DNA of 64,000 bases from Rhizodiscina lignyota. Lineage: Eukaryota. A program made the position numbers and the translations under genes. Every line of letters starts with the position of its first letter. The first letter of the stretch is position 1. Below, piece after piece: positions 61,709 through 64,000 of the stretch. The stretch covers positions 682,001 through 746,000 of the forward strand of contig ML978128.1 of the NCBI GenBank assembly GCA_010015805.1, written 5' to 3'. Below the pieces are notes generated by a model. That model searched no databases and was not told the DNA's origin. It was given only the letters and a program-made list of their open reading frames with translations.

Positions 61709-63871
61709 ATGGCACGCAGGAAGCATGCAGCGCGGTCGCGGTACTCGCGATCACCTTCCCCTCGAGGTCATCCGCCTTGGTGGGGCCAGTCCGGCGATAA
61801 CTATCGTCCACGGCCCCCACCAAGAGCTCGAGAAGACATGTTTCATTTTCATGGACAAGCTTCACGCGGTCAAGGAGATGGTCCCTACAATGACGCACGT
61901 GTTTCGTCTGCATCTTCCAACGGAGCTCGGAACGAAGAGTTCAACTTTCGATCTAATGCTCAAGGCACTGGATTCGAGCGCAGCTTTCCTGGTCCAGTTC
62001 CAAATCACGGCATTCCTACTGGCCCAAGGAGAGATCGCCAAATGCACCGAGGTGGCTTTAAGCCACGTGGTGCGAGTGACCGTGTGATTCTGAAAGCAAG
62101 GCGGGAAACGACTCCAGAGCGCCTATCTGGCATGCAAGAAGGTCATACCAGCTTCAAAGCTCTACAAGATCTCTCCGATAGTGAAGCCGAAATGGAAATT
62201 GCATCGGACGCAGGCTCTGGTATCGATGGTGTCGATGGTCAACCTACTGCAAAGAGGGCCCAAAAGGTGAAGCCTTTCACCGCCGATGAGCTGCCAAAGT
62301 GGTCGAATCCGGACCCGTACACGGCGCTGCCACCACCCGATGAATCGCAGGGGAAGAAGAAGGATATAGTCAAACTTATCCAGAAGGCGAAGATAACCAT
62401 TGAACAGGAGCAGCAAGCAGCGAGTCTCGCTGCTGATAACGCCGATTTCATTTCTTTTGGTCTCGATGAGGACGATGACTTGGTCACTTTTGGATCTATG
62501 AACGAGTCTCTTGGCGGCTTCCCAGGTGCCGCAGCTCCGGATGTAACGCATGCCCAGAAGTTCAGCCATCTGGACAATTTGCACCCCAACAGATCTATGC
62601 GTTCCGCAGCAACGACACTTGAATATGAAAATGACGACACTGAGATCCCTCCTCCGCCTCCTATGCCGCCGCAGCCACAGGTGCACATGGATAGGAACAA
62701 AAACAAGCGCAAGCGCAAGCCAGAGGTTACAGGCCAGATTACAGAGGAGTGGATGGGACAATTGATTGAAAATAACACGCCATGGTGTCGCGCCGATTAC
62801 TCCGAGAGTAAACAGATGACCGATTGGCTTCACCGCGAGATTGTGGACTTCTACGAGTATCTGAAGCCTCAATCTTTCGAGCGAGACAAGCGCGAAAACC
62901 TGATCGATCGTATCTCCAACTCCTTGCAAAAGCGCTTTCCCGGCGGCACACTACACAGTTTCGGCTCTTTTGGTTCTGGGATTTACCTCCCGACCGCTGA
63001 CATGGATCTTGTGTTTTTGTCGCCAGTATTCTCAAGATACAATCAGCCGGCATACACACTAAAGAAAGGTTTCCTGTATCAAGTGAGGCACTGGCTTATA
63101 CAAGAGGGTATTGCGCTTAGTGATGCTGAGTGTATCTTGGGTGCGAAAGTGCCAATCGTCAAATTCACCGACAAGCTCTCCAATATTAAGGTCGACATAT
63201 CCATTGAGAACAACACTGGTCTGATCGCCAATAACACGTTCCGCGCCTGGAAAGAGCAGTTTCCCGCAATGCCCATCATTGCCACGCTCATCAAGCAATT
63301 TTTGCATATGCGCAACCTGAACGAGGTTTTTACAGGCGGCCTGGGTGGCTTTTCCATAACTTGTTTGGTCACTAGCCTATTGCAGCATCTGCCTGCGGCA
63401 CAAAGCGGAAGCATGCGCCCCGAAGAACACCTCGGCGAACTGCTCCTTGACTTCTTCGACTTCTATGGGAACAGGTTTGATCTGAACAAGGTGGTAATCT
63501 CGCTGAATCCTCCCCAATACTTTCCCAAGGTAAGGATCGTTTGTGCGATGTTGGAATTATTGATTGCTTTCAAGAGCTAACGTGTGTATGCGTTATAGTA
63601 CCCCGAGGACGCTCAGAAGAAGCCTGACAGGCTCTGTATTCTGGACCCCAACAGGCCTGCGAACGACATTTCTGGCGGCTCCAGTAAAGCCCAACTTGTT
63701 ATGAGCTTGTTCAGCGAGGCGTATGCCGCAATCTTGAAACGAATGACTTTCCTCGAAAGCAGAGGCATCGAAGGACGCAAGGGAGCCAGTATTCTCGGTT
63801 CAGTCTTTGCTGGTGATTACAGCTCTTTCGAGCACCAGCGTAATCTTCTCGCAAATCTGCCTGAGAGGTAG
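61709..63871 (+). CDS. TRF4: Non-canonical poly(A) polymerase Trf4/Pap2/Cid14 (TRAMP); intron 63530-63598
   Basis: WLHREI.DFYEY, FGSFGSGIYLPTADMDL, AKVPIVKF, VDIS, LNEVFTGGLGGFS, LDFFDFYG, ILDPN.P.NDISGGS. Confidence 0.92.
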
Positions 63872-64000
63872 GACTTGATTATTGGATGCGTTATGGCTTT
63901 GAGAATCAGTTACTCTGAAGTGATTTTAGAGACTACGTCGGAGCTACGGGCTGGCAGCGCCTCCATTACGGTTCATACCAGAACCATGCTGTCAATCAGT

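Overview
Gene-dense, intron-containing DNA from a filamentous ascomycete (Pezizomycotina; most introns are ~48-60 nt GT-AG with CTRAC-type branch sites). About 25 protein genes can be supported, mostly housekeeping: UTP17/NAN1, RPB10, IES6, DAD4, ARP5, an SDR, RPS16, an ATS1-like RCC1 protein, RAD9, an F-box/LRR protein, a PPR protein, the Con7 C2H2 factor, DBP2, THI20-type ThiD-TenA, kinesin-6, a 2OG oxygenase, PanK, a RING-CH ligase, TFC6, a paraoxonase, a LovD-like beta-lactamase, a PEX30-like peroxin, PAM16 and TRF4. Four things stand out. (1) A tRNA-Ala(UGC) gene has its acceptor stem split by a 51-nt spliceosomal-type intron (GTGAGT...GCTTAC...CAG), in addition to a normal 16-nt anticodon-loop intron; removing it exactly restores the GGG 5' end. 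(2) A DUF3328/UstYa oxidase gene is divergently paired with a 65-aa secreted, Kex2-flanked single-core peptide, a candidate minimal fungal RiPP locus. (3) A ~315-nt nested stem-loop fills the large DBP2 intron. (4) A Mutator-derived DNA-binding protein lacks a transposase core, and a degenerate 55/110-bp tandem array lies at the left edge. Gene names come from motif recognition by eye and splice models were built by hand; no database searches were run.
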